26,055 nucleotides of DNA from a virus (Duplodnaviria > Caudoviricetes), in IMG/VR virus record IMGVR_UViG_3300037311_000172, positions 1 to 26,055 of that record; one strand, given 5' to 3'. Below are positions 1-8,761 of this stretch, in pieces. A program made the position numbers and the translations under genes. The notes beneath the pieces were generated by a model. It was given only the letters and a program-made list of their open reading frames with translations, did not search any database and was not told where the DNA came from. Numbering within the stretch: position 1 is the first letter of the stretch; the number at the start of each line of letters is the position of its first letter.

Positions 1-55
1 GCGGGATCACGACTAATGCAGCGTGTTGCTGCATGAGGTGCTGATCCAATCAGCT

Positions 56-100
56 TGGCTCCCCGACCTGGGCTCGAACCAGGGACCTACGGATTAACAG
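56..100 (-). tRNA. 3' half of tRNA-Asn(GTT), duplicated att core (prophage junction); not an intact tRNA
   Basis: Minus strand reads CTGTTAA TCCGT AGGTC CCTGG TTCGAGC CCAGG TCGGGGA G CCA: anticodon loop GTT, T arm, acceptor 3' strand and CCA. Upstream of the anticodon loop the anticodon stem is broken and there is no intact D arm. Confidence 0.92.
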
Positions 101-243
101 AGCGCCGAACTATTGAGGATTGGCGCGGGTTTCCGCCTGATTTTCTTGCACGAATTTTGCCAATTTCGCTAGATTTGCAGCGAATTTCCAGCCAGCACGT
201 GCAAGGATTTGTGACTACGGACTAACCGCATTTGTCCGGCGAA

Positions 244-714
244 CTATTTCGGTCGGCTTAAGCTCCGAACGTACTCCTGCAGAGTTGTCAGTTGACTGGC
301 GCAGGCATCGGCTTCGGCGGCGAGACGGCTGGATTCCCGGTAGATGGTTCCAAGAGTGGCTCCCAGATCTGCTGCAGCCGTTGCTGGAAGTCCGCAGGCC
401 GTGGCTTCATCGCCTGAGCTGGCGGCGGGAGCGGTGCTGCTGGTGGCGGCGAGCCCGGGGATGCGCACGCCACGAGACTCAGCAGCGCGCAAACGAGCAG
501 CAATCTGGTCGCGATCCTGTTCAAGGCGTGTTTCAAGTTCTAGCCTCCTGAGTATCTGTTTGCCGGTGTCCCGGATCTGGGATTCAAGCACCTCGACTCG
601 TTCTTTAGCTGCAGCTCGATCCGCACGAATGCTTTGGATCCATGCCCATCCGGCCCAAACTCCAGCTGCCAGCAGCAGCGGCGCGGCCAAGCGCAACCCA
701 GCCAACCAGGTCAT
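244..714 (-). CDS. Rz-like inner-membrane spanin (i-spanin), 156 aa
   Basis: N-terminal TM helix (LAAPLLLAAGVWAGWAWI) followed by a coiled coil; follows the endolysin. ATG at 714 overlaps the endolysin TGA (ATGA), so 714 is preferred over 744. Confidence 0.85.
   Translation of the reverse strand: MTWLAGLRLAAPLLLAAGVWAGWAWIQSIRADRAAAKERVEVLESQIRDTGKQILRRLELETRLEQDRDQIAARLRAAESRGVRIPGLAATSSTAPAASSGDEATACGLPATAAADLGATLGTIYRESSRLAAEADACASQLTTLQEYVRSLSRPK
288..536 (-). CDS. Rz1-like outer-membrane lipoprotein spanin (o-spanin), fully embedded in Rz
   Basis: Signal peptide with lipobox LSLVA-C, Pro-rich mature part, alternate frame inside the i-spanin as in lambda Rz/Rz1; TTG start. Confidence 0.85.
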   Translation of the reverse strand: MKHALNRIATRLLLVCALLSLVACASPGSPPPAAPLPPPAQAMKPRPADFQQRLQQIWEPLLEPSTGNPAVSPPKPMPAPVN

Positions 715-1268
715 AACTGCCTTTCCCGAGTCCATTGATCCCAAGCATCGGCAAGCGCCACTGCCCAGCGTTGTCGCCGTAACGGATTAAGCACCACCCC
801 AAGGTCTAAGGCGTTTGAAATGAAGCCCAGTTCGACCAATGCAGCCGGGCCGGGAAAGCGCAGCACGGCGAGATCTGTGCGCTGCTTCAAGCCTCGATCG
901 CGCAGCTCAAGCGCATCGATCGTCGCTCGATGTACGACCGATGCAAAAGCCTGGTTGTTCGAATACAGCGTCTCCGTACCTCGGGCCATTTTGGACGCCA
1001 CAGAGTTCATGTGCAGAGACAGTATTGCGGTTGCGCCAGCGCGCTGGGCGAAGCCACTTCGCTGGCCGACCGGGGTCGGCGCTCGAGGCGCAGCGCGTGT
1101 TTGCACAAAGGGCTGGTTACGCTTATGTAGCTCGGCCGCGAGGGTTTGGGCGTAGCTAAAGACAATGTCGGCCTCCGTCCACTGCCCCGAAACTGCCCCT
1201 GGGTCAAACACGCCTGGTCGAGCATTGCTCATGCCGTGACCAGCATCGATGCATAGTATTGCGTCCAT
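711..1268 (-). CDS. Endolysin, N-acetylmuramoyl-L-alanine amidase (Amidase_3)
   Basis: IDAGHG, conserved Glu (WTEAD), SLHMN and LVELGFISN Zn-amidase motifs; TGATG coupling at 1270-1266. Confidence 0.93.
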   Translation of the reverse strand: MDAILCIDAGHGMSNARPGVFDPGAVSGQWTEADIVFSYAQTLAAELHKRNQPFVQTRAAPRAPTPVGQRSGFAQRAGATAILSLHMNSVASKMARGTETLYSNNQAFASVVHRATIDALELRDRGLKQRTDLAVLRFPGPAALVELGFISNALDLGVVLNPLRRQRWAVALADAWDQWTRERQL

Positions 1269-1594
1269 CAAGCCTCCGGCGGCTCAGGCCAGGTAATGTT
1301 GTCGGGATCGGTCTGGTCCGTGATGTCTCGCAGCGCCTGCCGGTAGGGTTGCCACTGGATTCCGGTGCCGGCCGGGACGTCAGGTAATTGCGTCCAATCA
1401 CTGGCCAACAGCCGTCGATCACGCTCAATGCGGATCGCTCGCCACTTACCCGCTGGTGTTGCGACGGGCACCCAGCGCCATTCTTGCGAGTTCCAAGCCC
1501 AGGTTTCAAACTCTGTTGAAGCAGGCGGATCTGGGATAGGCGGCAAGGGCACGCCGGTTACTGGGTCCAGTTGCATTTGAACGAGCTGGGTCAT
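1268..1594 (-). CDS. Tail fibre assembly chaperone
   Basis: WRAIRIERDRRLLASDWTQLPD...WQPYRQALRDIT...TWPEPP signature. Confidence 0.88.
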   Translation of the reverse strand: MTQLVQMQLDPVTGVPLPPIPDPPASTEFETWAWNSQEWRWVPVATPAGKWRAIRIERDRRLLASDWTQLPDVPAGTGIQWQPYRQALRDITDQTDPDNITWPEPPEA

Positions 1595-4500
1595 CGCTTG
1601 ATCACCGTGGCCTGCACACGCTCGGAGCGTATCTGGAAGGTGTTGGCGACATAGTTGTCGCCAAAAATCATCGTGCCGAATTGATGGTTTCCGGTTTGCT
1701 CAACCGTATATGTGAACGACACCGTGCCAGTGCTGAACAATCCGACCCCCGCTTGGACGCTTCCAGGATCGCCGTGATCGCCGCCATAGATGTATCCGCT
1801 CAAGTCGGGGCGAATAAGCCACAGCTGCATCGAACCAAATGACCCGCGCGTACCCCAATTCATGGGAGGCCCAGAGCTTTGCCCAGAGACAGACACGTTG
1901 AACGTGCCTTCAACCTTCCACCCTGTTTGCATGAAGATGCTTTCGAGCCGGCGCCATTGACCGGTGGGGATTGGACCATCCCAGTTGTAGGCTTGCGTTG
2001 CAGCCTCTGGCTCGATGAGCCCAGTGCCGACGCTTTGGTCGCCGGTCCAGGGGCTGGGTCGCACTTGCCCAGCATGAGCCCGTCCGAGATACGGGGCGGC
2101 GAACCGGGTAAACCCATTGGCCACAGTCGGCTTGCGCGGGTTGAATCCAAAGCGCACGCGGTGAGCGTTGGCCGGCGCAACCGCAAACCCCCAGAGGTGC
2201 TTGTAATTGGACAGAGTGTTGAGGCCAGAAGCCTCCGCTGCAGTCACGCTGTCAGGCCCACCAACCGGCACGACACTAGACAGCCAGTTGTCATTGGCGT
2301 CATACCAGATCGCCTGCAGCTGTCCGATCATGGATCCTTGCGAACAGCCCCGAGCCTGCAGCTCAATGCGCTCGCCCGGCAAGATGTTCATTGCCTGCGC
2401 TGAGTAAATCACTCGATTGGAGTCGCCATAGGTAGCGGTGCTTTCGTCACCGTATCGCAGCACCCCTAGGGGCCGTGGCGCTTCGTTTGCGAACAGCGAG
2501 GGGCTGGTGCCAAACCCGTTCTGGCACTGAAAGTACTCCTGGCCTTTCTGCACGCCCTGCCCGTTTGGCATGTCCGCATTGGTGCCGTCGGCCCACTGGA
2601 CCCGCCACCCTGTTGGGCCATATCGCAGGCTAGCGTTTTCCAGTAGGTTGACCCCAACGCCATTGACTGACACCGATGTAGTAGCGCCCGCCGAGGCATC
2701 GACGTCGTGGGTGATAAACGTCCAGTCAGTACTCGTCACGCCGAGACCATTGCGGAATCGAACCCGAATCAGGTAACGCTGCAGCCGGGAGACAGGCTCG
2801 ATCAGCACCGAGGTCTGATCCCCCCTGAGCGCTGGCATCCGGGTCCATATGGACTCCGTGATCCGCATGTACTCGATGTCAACAAACCCACCCTGGGTTA
2901 CGGTGGAGTTGTTGGGTGCTGCCCAGGACAAACGGATCTGGGCTTGCTGACTGCCATCGGACAGCACCCTCATGAACGCCGCGCCGGACTGCGCCGTCAG
3001 GCCGGTGACAGCTGGCACCACGCCGGGGTCTGGCAGGTTGGTGTTGTTGACTTGCGCCGCGCCGGGGTACTCGGTATATGACCAATCGTAATCGGTGGCC
3101 ACGTCCTCCTGCAGCACTAGGCGCACCCAGCCTTCAAAGCTGAACTCCCGTTCGATGACCTGGAACACCTTTATGTTCCAGCCAAAGGTCGGGAACACTA
3201 GCGCCACAGTTTTGCCGGGCATCGTGTTGTAGGCTGTCAGCTTGAACCGCGCTTCAAAGGTGAGCGCATTGCGGGACCGGAACAGGCGCAGCTTGGCCAG
3301 CCTAGTGGCCCGAGCTGGATGCGATACGGCCTCAAGGTCAAAGTCGGCATATCGCACTCGGCCTTGGTCCTCGGCCACAAAGACACTTGATGAGTAAGAG
3401 GGATAGTCCTGCGGCTGCCAGAGCCGGGTCTCGTCGGAAAACTTGCCCTTGATCGAGTTGAAACCATCCGCTTCGCCTAGCGCTGGCACTACGGTGTCGT
3501 CGCCAGACTCATCAATGTCTGCTTCGTTGAGCACGAGATCAGGAGTTCGATAGGCTCCGGCGAAAAGCCGAAACTTTCCTTGGACCGGCGTAGCTGATCC
3601 GGCCATGGCCTTAAGAAGGATCTCCAGGTTGTCGCGAAGCGGCGCTTCGGTCGAGAGCACCGCATTGCAGGTGTAGCGCTTTTGAGTGCCACCTGTGCCA
3701 TTGATTGGGACGGACTCGTCGCTAATGTTGGCCGCCGCCACCAGAAGAAGAGTATCAATCTCTGTAGCAGCCAGCTCGAAGCCCAAGGCATCGCGCAGGT
3801 AGTCAGCCACACACAGGGCAGCATTATCGCTGTAGGTCGTCGTGTTGCCGCGAGGGTCAAACACCAGCTTGCCATTGACGATGCAGCTCACCTGCTGCGT
3901 CCAGGTTTGGAAGACTTGGTCGAATCGCAGCCGCAAGATCAGATACGTTTCGCCAGGCGCTACGGAGTTGCTGTCCCACTCGCCGTTGGATGCTGCAATA
4001 AGATCGGCATCAGCAACTTGCCCAGGACCGCCCAGATACTTCTTCACCCGCACGAGCGGGATGTTTTCAGCCACATAGGTGTAGGCCACTGACAGTTGAG
4101 CGCCAGCTTGGTAACCCGACACCGCAATCGTTGAGCCTTGGAATGAGTAGCTTGCTGGCGGCAGCCCTATGTCGATCGGACCGTCACCACCACCGTTTGG
4201 CACAGAAACGCTGATTAGTGTCTGGATGGGGTGCTGCGTGGTGAGCGTAAGACCTGGGCTGAGGGCCAGCTGCTCAACACGCGTTTCTGTGCGCACTTTG
4301 AAAAACTTGCCGCCGGTAGTGTCACCGTTGACATCAAGTGGGCCGATCGGATCAGCATCGAGGTAGATCTCGCCAATCCCTGCACACTGGTGTCCAGCAA
4401 CTCCCAACACCATCCAGAGGTATTGCTCTTGCGGCCCGACGACCTGATTCGTGGCATACCAAAGCGCAGTGCTTTTCCGCACCCGTCCATACACGATTTC

Positions 4501-4713
4501 GTGCGGCAGATCGCCGCCCCGAAGCGTTACGTTTCGGTCGCTTAGGCTTGCGTTGTAAGCTGCCCGAGCGGCGGCTTTTGCCTTACCTGCTTGATTGACC
4601 GAGTATCCAATTTGGGCAGCTACAAATGCGACCTTAATTGCCGTGGCGACCTGGGCAACCGTGAGCGATGTACCAGTCGCTTGAATGATCGCGGCGGCTA
4701 TGGTTTCTGGCAT
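1591..4713 (-). CDS. Central tail fibre / tip attachment protein J-like, 1040 aa
   Basis: IVYGRVRK, GKLVFDPR, YSDNAALCVADYL and RYTCNAVL motifs, FN3-like repeat (IRLSWAAP...YLIRVRFRN), C-terminal beta domains. Start MPETIA at 4713 by TAATG overlap. Confidence 0.9.
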   Translation of the reverse strand: MPETIAAAIIQATGTSLTVAQVATAIKVAFVAAQIGYSVNQAGKAKAAARAAYNASLSDRNVTLRGGDLPHEIVYGRVRKSTALWYATNQVVGPQEQYLWMVLGVAGHQCAGIGEIYLDADPIGPLDVNGDTTGGKFFKVRTETRVEQLALSPGLTLTTQHPIQTLISVSVPNGGGDGPIDIGLPPASYSFQGSTIAVSGYQAGAQLSVAYTYVAENIPLVRVKKYLGGPGQVADADLIAASNGEWDSNSVAPGETYLILRLRFDQVFQTWTQQVSCIVNGKLVFDPRGNTTTYSDNAALCVADYLRDALGFELAATEIDTLLLVAAANISDESVPINGTGGTQKRYTCNAVLSTEAPLRDNLEILLKAMAGSATPVQGKFRLFAGAYRTPDLVLNEADIDESGDDTVVPALGEADGFNSIKGKFSDETRLWQPQDYPSYSSSVFVAEDQGRVRYADFDLEAVSHPARATRLAKLRLFRSRNALTFEARFKLTAYNTMPGKTVALVFPTFGWNIKVFQVIEREFSFEGWVRLVLQEDVATDYDWSYTEYPGAAQVNNTNLPDPGVVPAVTGLTAQSGAAFMRVLSDGSQQAQIRLSWAAPNNSTVTQGGFVDIEYMRITESIWTRMPALRGDQTSVLIEPVSRLQRYLIRVRFRNGLGVTSTDWTFITHDVDASAGATTSVSVNGVGVNLLENASLRYGPTGWRVQWADGTNADMPNGQGVQKGQEYFQCQNGFGTSPSLFANEAPRPLGVLRYGDESTATYGDSNRVIYSAQAMNILPGERIELQARGCSQGSMIGQLQAIWYDANDNWLSSVVPVGGPDSVTAAEASGLNTLSNYKHLWGFAVAPANAHRVRFGFNPRKPTVANGFTRFAAPYLGRAHAGQVRPSPWTGDQSVGTGLIEPEAATQAYNWDGPIPTGQWRRLESIFMQTGWKVEGTFNVSVSGQSSGPPMNWGTRGSFGSMQLWLIRPDLSGYIYGGDHGDPGSVQAGVGLFSTGTVSFTYTVEQTGNHQFGTMIFGDNYVANTFQIRSERVQATVIKR

Positions 4714-5114
4714 TAGCCTACCTTCCAAGCCATGTCGGCGTTTAGCACGTAGCCAGATGCCAATCCGTTTGGCGAGGGCGCGAGCCATCGCTCGCCATCC
4801 ACCACAGCAAGCAACGATCGATCCCCCTCGCGCACAAGCACCAGATCACCTCGCCGGGCCCAGACCACTGAGATTGGCTCGCCAAGCTCGTCTGACACTA
4901 GAGCTGCTAGTCCGCCCGATCGCGTGAGTATTCGTTGAGCCCCGCGCTCGGTCTTGTAGTTGCCAAACCGCACCGCTAGATCCTGGCCTGTCATTGCGCG
5001 CACGCAGCCGGCAGCGAACTGACAGCAATCATTGGAGCCCCAGGCAAACGGTTGCGCTAGGCGAGCCGCAACCTCCGCAGCCAACGCGGTAGGCCAATTC
5101 TCAAGTCGCTTCAT
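4713..5114 (-). CDS. Tail tip protein K-like (NlpC/P60-fold, DUF6950-type)
   Basis: FAWGSNDCCQFAAGCV and RRGDLVL motifs; position before J. Confidence 0.8.
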   Translation of the reverse strand: MKRLENWPTALAAEVAARLAQPFAWGSNDCCQFAAGCVRAMTGQDLAVRFGNYKTERGAQRILTRSGGLAALVSDELGEPISVVWARRGDLVLVREGDRSLLAVVDGERWLAPSPNGLASGYVLNADMAWKVG

Positions 5115-5687
5115 TTATCGGTAGTAGTCGGCCGTGGGCCAAGCAATTTGGCGTTCAGCCATCTGGACCACAAAGCGCTTGCTGGTGTCGTTTGGATAGC
5201 GCGACCGCTGATCGCTGTCGTTGTGCCGCCGTGCTTTGGTACGCTGCCAGTTGGCCAGCTTGCTATAGGTGTTTAGGCGGACCGTAAAGAACGAACCCGA
5301 TCGCACCACGGTCATCTGATCCATGATGGCAATGTCTTCAAGGTTTGGGCCGATGATCTCGTAGGTATCTGGGTTGACGGTTACGGCATAGAGTCGCGCT
5401 TCCCTGCCCTTGTACTCCTCGAGGAGGGCCGAGCTGACTTGGGCAGCGGGCACTCCTGATAGCACAAGCGCAAAGCCAGTTGCTTCAAGAGACGAGGTTT
5501 CTTTCAGCGTTTCGATCCCCGTCACCGCGCCGGCGCCTAGATACAATTGCCCGCCGATTTCAATGTCCTGATCAAGGTGCGCCAAGTACTGGGTGCCACT
5601 CGCCAGATCCAGCTGGGCCACAGCAAAAAGAAATACGTGCGCACCGCCCAGGGTCGGCACAAAGTTCGTGACCGCGGTTCGACTCAT
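5115..5687 (-). CDS. Tail tip protein L-like, 190 aa
   Basis: GGQLYLGAG and DQRSRYPND...FV motifs; position between Dit and K; start MSRTAV at 5687 by ATGA overlap. Confidence 0.72.
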   Translation of the reverse strand: MSRTAVTNFVPTLGGAHVFLFAVAQLDLASGTQYLAHLDQDIEIGGQLYLGAGAVTGIETLKETSSLEATGFALVLSGVPAAQVSSALLEEYKGREARLYAVTVNPDTYEIIGPNLEDIAIMDQMTVVRSGSFFTVRLNTYSKLANWQRTKARRHNDSDQRSRYPNDTSKRFVVQMAERQIAWPTADYYR

Positions 5688-6289
5688 GCACGCACCTGAA
5701 TGAGGGAGATGGAGTCCACGGTGGTCCACCATTGCCCGCGCCGCCAGCCCACTTCGCTTTCGGGATCCACGATCCAGAGCGGCGCAGGCCGGTCCCATTG
5801 GATAGGCGTGTTATTGCTTGGCGCGGTGAGTACAGGGAAATTCACCTTGAGCTGCATGCGCCCGTCAGGCCCAGCAACGCATCGATCGGTGACCATGAAG
5901 AGCTGATTACCAAACCAGCAATAGTCGCCGGCTCGAAAGTCAGATCCCGGCGGACAGTCCTTGATTGCAATGCTGCGGCCAAGTTGGCCGGCGCCATCGA
6001 CTTTGGGCGTGCCGCGCACTGTGCCATTTGGAACTGGGCGCTCGAGCGGGTAAAGGCGTAGCCGGTTCACACTGCCCTGCAGATCTGCGATCAATGCCTG
6101 CAGCTCGGGAGCCTGCGATGGAGCCCGGGTATCAAACTCGATCATGGCCTTCCACTTGCCGCCCGGCAAGCCTACGGTCTGCACGCTTTGGTCATAGGGC
6201 GATGTAGCCGCACGTAGAGGACTGCGCGGGGCCATTCGCATTGCGGTGACGCTGCCAGTCAAGGTCTCAGGCCATTCGATGATTGCCAT
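5684..6289 (-). CDS. Distal tail (Dit-like) protein
   Basis: SPYDQSVQTV...GGKWKA, LQGSVNRLRL, FRAGDY motifs; directly downstream of the tape measure. Confidence 0.7.
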   Translation of the reverse strand: MAIIEWPETLTGSVTAMRMAPRSPLRAATSPYDQSVQTVGLPGGKWKAMIEFDTRAPSQAPELQALIADLQGSVNRLRLYPLERPVPNGTVRGTPKVDGAGQLGRSIAIKDCPPGSDFRAGDYCWFGNQLFMVTDRCVAGPDGRMQLKVNFPVLTAPSNNTPIQWDRPAPLWIVDPESEVGWRRGQWWTTVDSISLIQVRA

Positions 6290-8514
6290 CAGAAGCCCCG
6301 GGCAAACGTGCCGCCGGTCTTGCGACTAGAAAGAATGGCTGCCATGGTGGATTCGCGGATCCGTTTTTCAACATCTGCAAGCCAAGCCTGGTCCGCCTTG
6401 GCAGGGGGATTGATCGTCGTGTTAACTGTGATGGATTGGCTTTGCGATGCCTGGTCCGCGATCGCTACGCGGCCGGCAGGAAACACCTCTGCGCCCTTGG
6501 GCAAAAAGACTCGTTCGCGGCCGGCCTCACCAACGTCAAAGAACCCACTTTTAGGAGTAACACCGCCGGTCGCAAAAGTTTGGACTCCACCTGGATCAAT
6601 GCCTCCACCTCGCAGGCCGCCAAGAATCTGCATGCCAACCCACTCAAGGCCCTGGCTTATCAAGCCTGCACCCGCTTTGGCAATTGGATCGATGATTGGT
6701 TTGAGCACCAGCGTCGCAAAGTACGCGCGCAGCTGATCTCCAATCTGGCGCCCCGAAACACCGCCGCGCTGGAACCCCATCATCATGCTGTTGGCCAGCG
6801 CATCTTCGAGGCGCTTGGCTTCTTCACGCGTTTTTGTGATGGCTTCCTCGCCAGCCTTCACGGTATCGCGTCGGCTCTGTTCTTCGATGTTTAGGCTTTT
6901 TTGTTCGCGCAGAAGCTTGATCTCAAGCTCAAGCACGCGGATCCTGTCTTCGCTGGCGCCATTGGACTGCTCGGACACTAGTACAGCCTCTTTTTCTGCA
7001 ATGGTCGCCTGCAACCTAGCGTTCTTCAATCGGACTAAAGCCATGCCTTCGAGGCCAATCTCCTCGATGGATTGTCTGCGCTGTTGGGCTGCGCTGAGTA
7101 GCTGATCGACCTGCTGCTGAATGGTCTCAGCTTCTTTGATGCGAATCCCTTCAATCTTGGCGCGGGTTTCGGCCTCGTCCTTAAGTTTGGCTTGAACCTG
7201 CTCCGACACCTGCAGCTGATTGATGTCGAGCTCCAGCCGTTTGCGCTGCGCCTCAGTCAAAGTGATCTGGCCTGAGCTAAGGCCTTCGATGACCTTAAGC
7301 CGCAACTTGTCGGCCTCGGTCAGTTTGCCCGTGCCTGCAAGCTCAGCATCAATCTGCCGGATGCGCTCACTAACAGACCCAGACAGCTTTTCAAAGTCAC
7401 TTTGCTTGTCAGCCCCGCTCTTGCTCGCGGAGCCTGGATCTGCAACAGCGGTGCGAAGCGCCCACGTGTTGATCCGGCTTGGAGCCGCAGGGTTGGCTTG
7501 TGCGTCGCGAGCGTCGAGCGTGCCGCCTGCGCCAACCAAAGCGGCTGCTTGCGCTTGGGCTCGAAGCACATCAAGGTACTGTCGCTGCTTGGCAATGGCG
7601 GCATCCACATTGGCTAGACGCTCACCACCAAACACCAGGCGATCTAACCCTCCACTCTTGGCAACCCGGGCACGCTGATCTTCAAGCTTCTTCAGCTCCG
7701 AAAGCGCAAACTCGATTTGATTTTGTTTGTTGGCATTCGGGCCAGGGATCGTACTAAGCGCCTCAAAGAATCCAAGCCCTGCAGCTCGGGCCTGCAGGAA
7801 CTGCCCAATCAGGCTGTTTAATGCGGGCACAAGGTTCTGTGCAATAGAAATGCCCAGCGCGCCCGTGAGCTGCGACATGCGGGTCAAGTTGTCGTTGAAC
7901 TCCCCGGCTTGCTTCGCAAAGTCTTCGCCTACCACTAGACCAAACGCTTCCGCTTCCCGGCGCGCTTTGATTAATCCTTCAGAGCCCTGATTAAGCAAGG
8001 GGATCAGCTCCTGCCCTGCTTTGCCAAACAGCTTTGCGGCAATGGTCGTCTTAAGCGCGCCGTCCTCCAGCTGGGCAAACGAATCAGCAACCTGTTCCAT
8101 CACTGTGTTCAGATTGGCTCCAGCATCAACGCCCAAGGCATCGAAGATCTGGGCGGCCTGGCTTCCCGCCCTTCCCGCTTCAATGACGTTTTCAGAAAGG
8201 CCTTTCATCGACTTCTGCAGCGCCTCGACGCTTACTCCTTCGATCTTGGCGGCATAGGCCAGGGCCGATAGGTCACGCACAGCCAGGCCTGTTTTTTGCG
8301 CAACCTCATCCATCGAGTCGGCCAGATCAATCGCATTTCGCGTTGTGCTGACTAAGTAGGCAGCAAGCCCGCCCGCTCCTACCAGCGCCGTGGCTTTGGC
8401 TGCTAGGCCGCGAAGTGACTCAGACACCCCTCCCACGCTGGTACGAATGCCGGCCATGACCCGGGACACGTCGTCGATCGCAGTGATGCGAACGCGGGAA
8501 ACAGCGTCATTCAT
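6289..8514 (-). CDS. Tail tape measure protein, 741 aa
   Basis: Long Ala/Glu/Gln-rich helical protein, LFGKAGQELIPLLNQG, C-terminal FATGG...VGEAGRE motif. Confidence 0.93.
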   Translation of the reverse strand: MNDAVSRVRITAIDDVSRVMAGIRTSVGGVSESLRGLAAKATALVGAGGLAAYLVSTTRNAIDLADSMDEVAQKTGLAVRDLSALAYAAKIEGVSVEALQKSMKGLSENVIEAGRAGSQAAQIFDALGVDAGANLNTVMEQVADSFAQLEDGALKTTIAAKLFGKAGQELIPLLNQGSEGLIKARREAEAFGLVVGEDFAKQAGEFNDNLTRMSQLTGALGISIAQNLVPALNSLIGQFLQARAAGLGFFEALSTIPGPNANKQNQIEFALSELKKLEDQRARVAKSGGLDRLVFGGERLANVDAAIAKQRQYLDVLRAQAQAAALVGAGGTLDARDAQANPAAPSRINTWALRTAVADPGSASKSGADKQSDFEKLSGSVSERIRQIDAELAGTGKLTEADKLRLKVIEGLSSGQITLTEAQRKRLELDINQLQVSEQVQAKLKDEAETRAKIEGIRIKEAETIQQQVDQLLSAAQQRRQSIEEIGLEGMALVRLKNARLQATIAEKEAVLVSEQSNGASEDRIRVLELEIKLLREQKSLNIEEQSRRDTVKAGEEAITKTREEAKRLEDALANSMMMGFQRGGVSGRQIGDQLRAYFATLVLKPIIDPIAKAGAGLISQGLEWVGMQILGGLRGGGIDPGGVQTFATGGVTPKSGFFDVGEAGRERVFLPKGAEVFPAGRVAIADQASQSQSITVNTTINPPAKADQAWLADVEKRIRESTMAAILSSRKTGGTFARGF

Positions 8515-8761
8515 GGGCTACCTGTTGAATTGTCGTGAGGAGATGCAAGGTCATGTCAAGGTCTTCGACGGGTTGCATGGCCAGCAGCACCGGGACCGCC
8601 TGCAAGTCATAGCGTCGCCCCATCAATCGCCACCACACCAATGCCTGCTGGCTTGCAGTGGATAGAGAAGGGTACATGTCATTCATTGCGCCTGGCTGGA
8701 CGCTGCCTTCCGCAAGGAGGCGCGATTCTTCACGGGCGACGTCGAGCCAGGCGGTGAGTTT
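8507..8761 (-). CDS. gpT part of the tail assembly chaperone G-T fusion (-1 frame; absent from the ORF track)
   Basis: The -1 frame is open for 84 codons after the slippery site (KLTAWLDVAREESRLL...LHLLTTIQQVAHE*) and ends at TGA 8509-8507, overlapping the tape measure ATG. Confidence 0.85.
   Translation of the reverse strand, partial: KLTAWLDVAREESRLLAEGSVQPGAMNDMYPSLSTASQQALVWWRLMGRRYDLQAVPVLLAMQPVEDLDMTLHLLTTIQQVAHE

Noticed and set aside
16-54. Two short hairpins (ATGCAGC/GCTGCAT and GCTGAT/ATCAGC) downstream of the tRNA 3' end
   Set aside because: No U-tract and short stems; may be host tRNA trailer structure but cannot be called a terminator.
4713-5114. Active NlpC/P60 peptidase
   Set aside because: The Cys motif is present but the expected catalytic His after GDLVL is missing; probably structural, which is unremarkable for this family.
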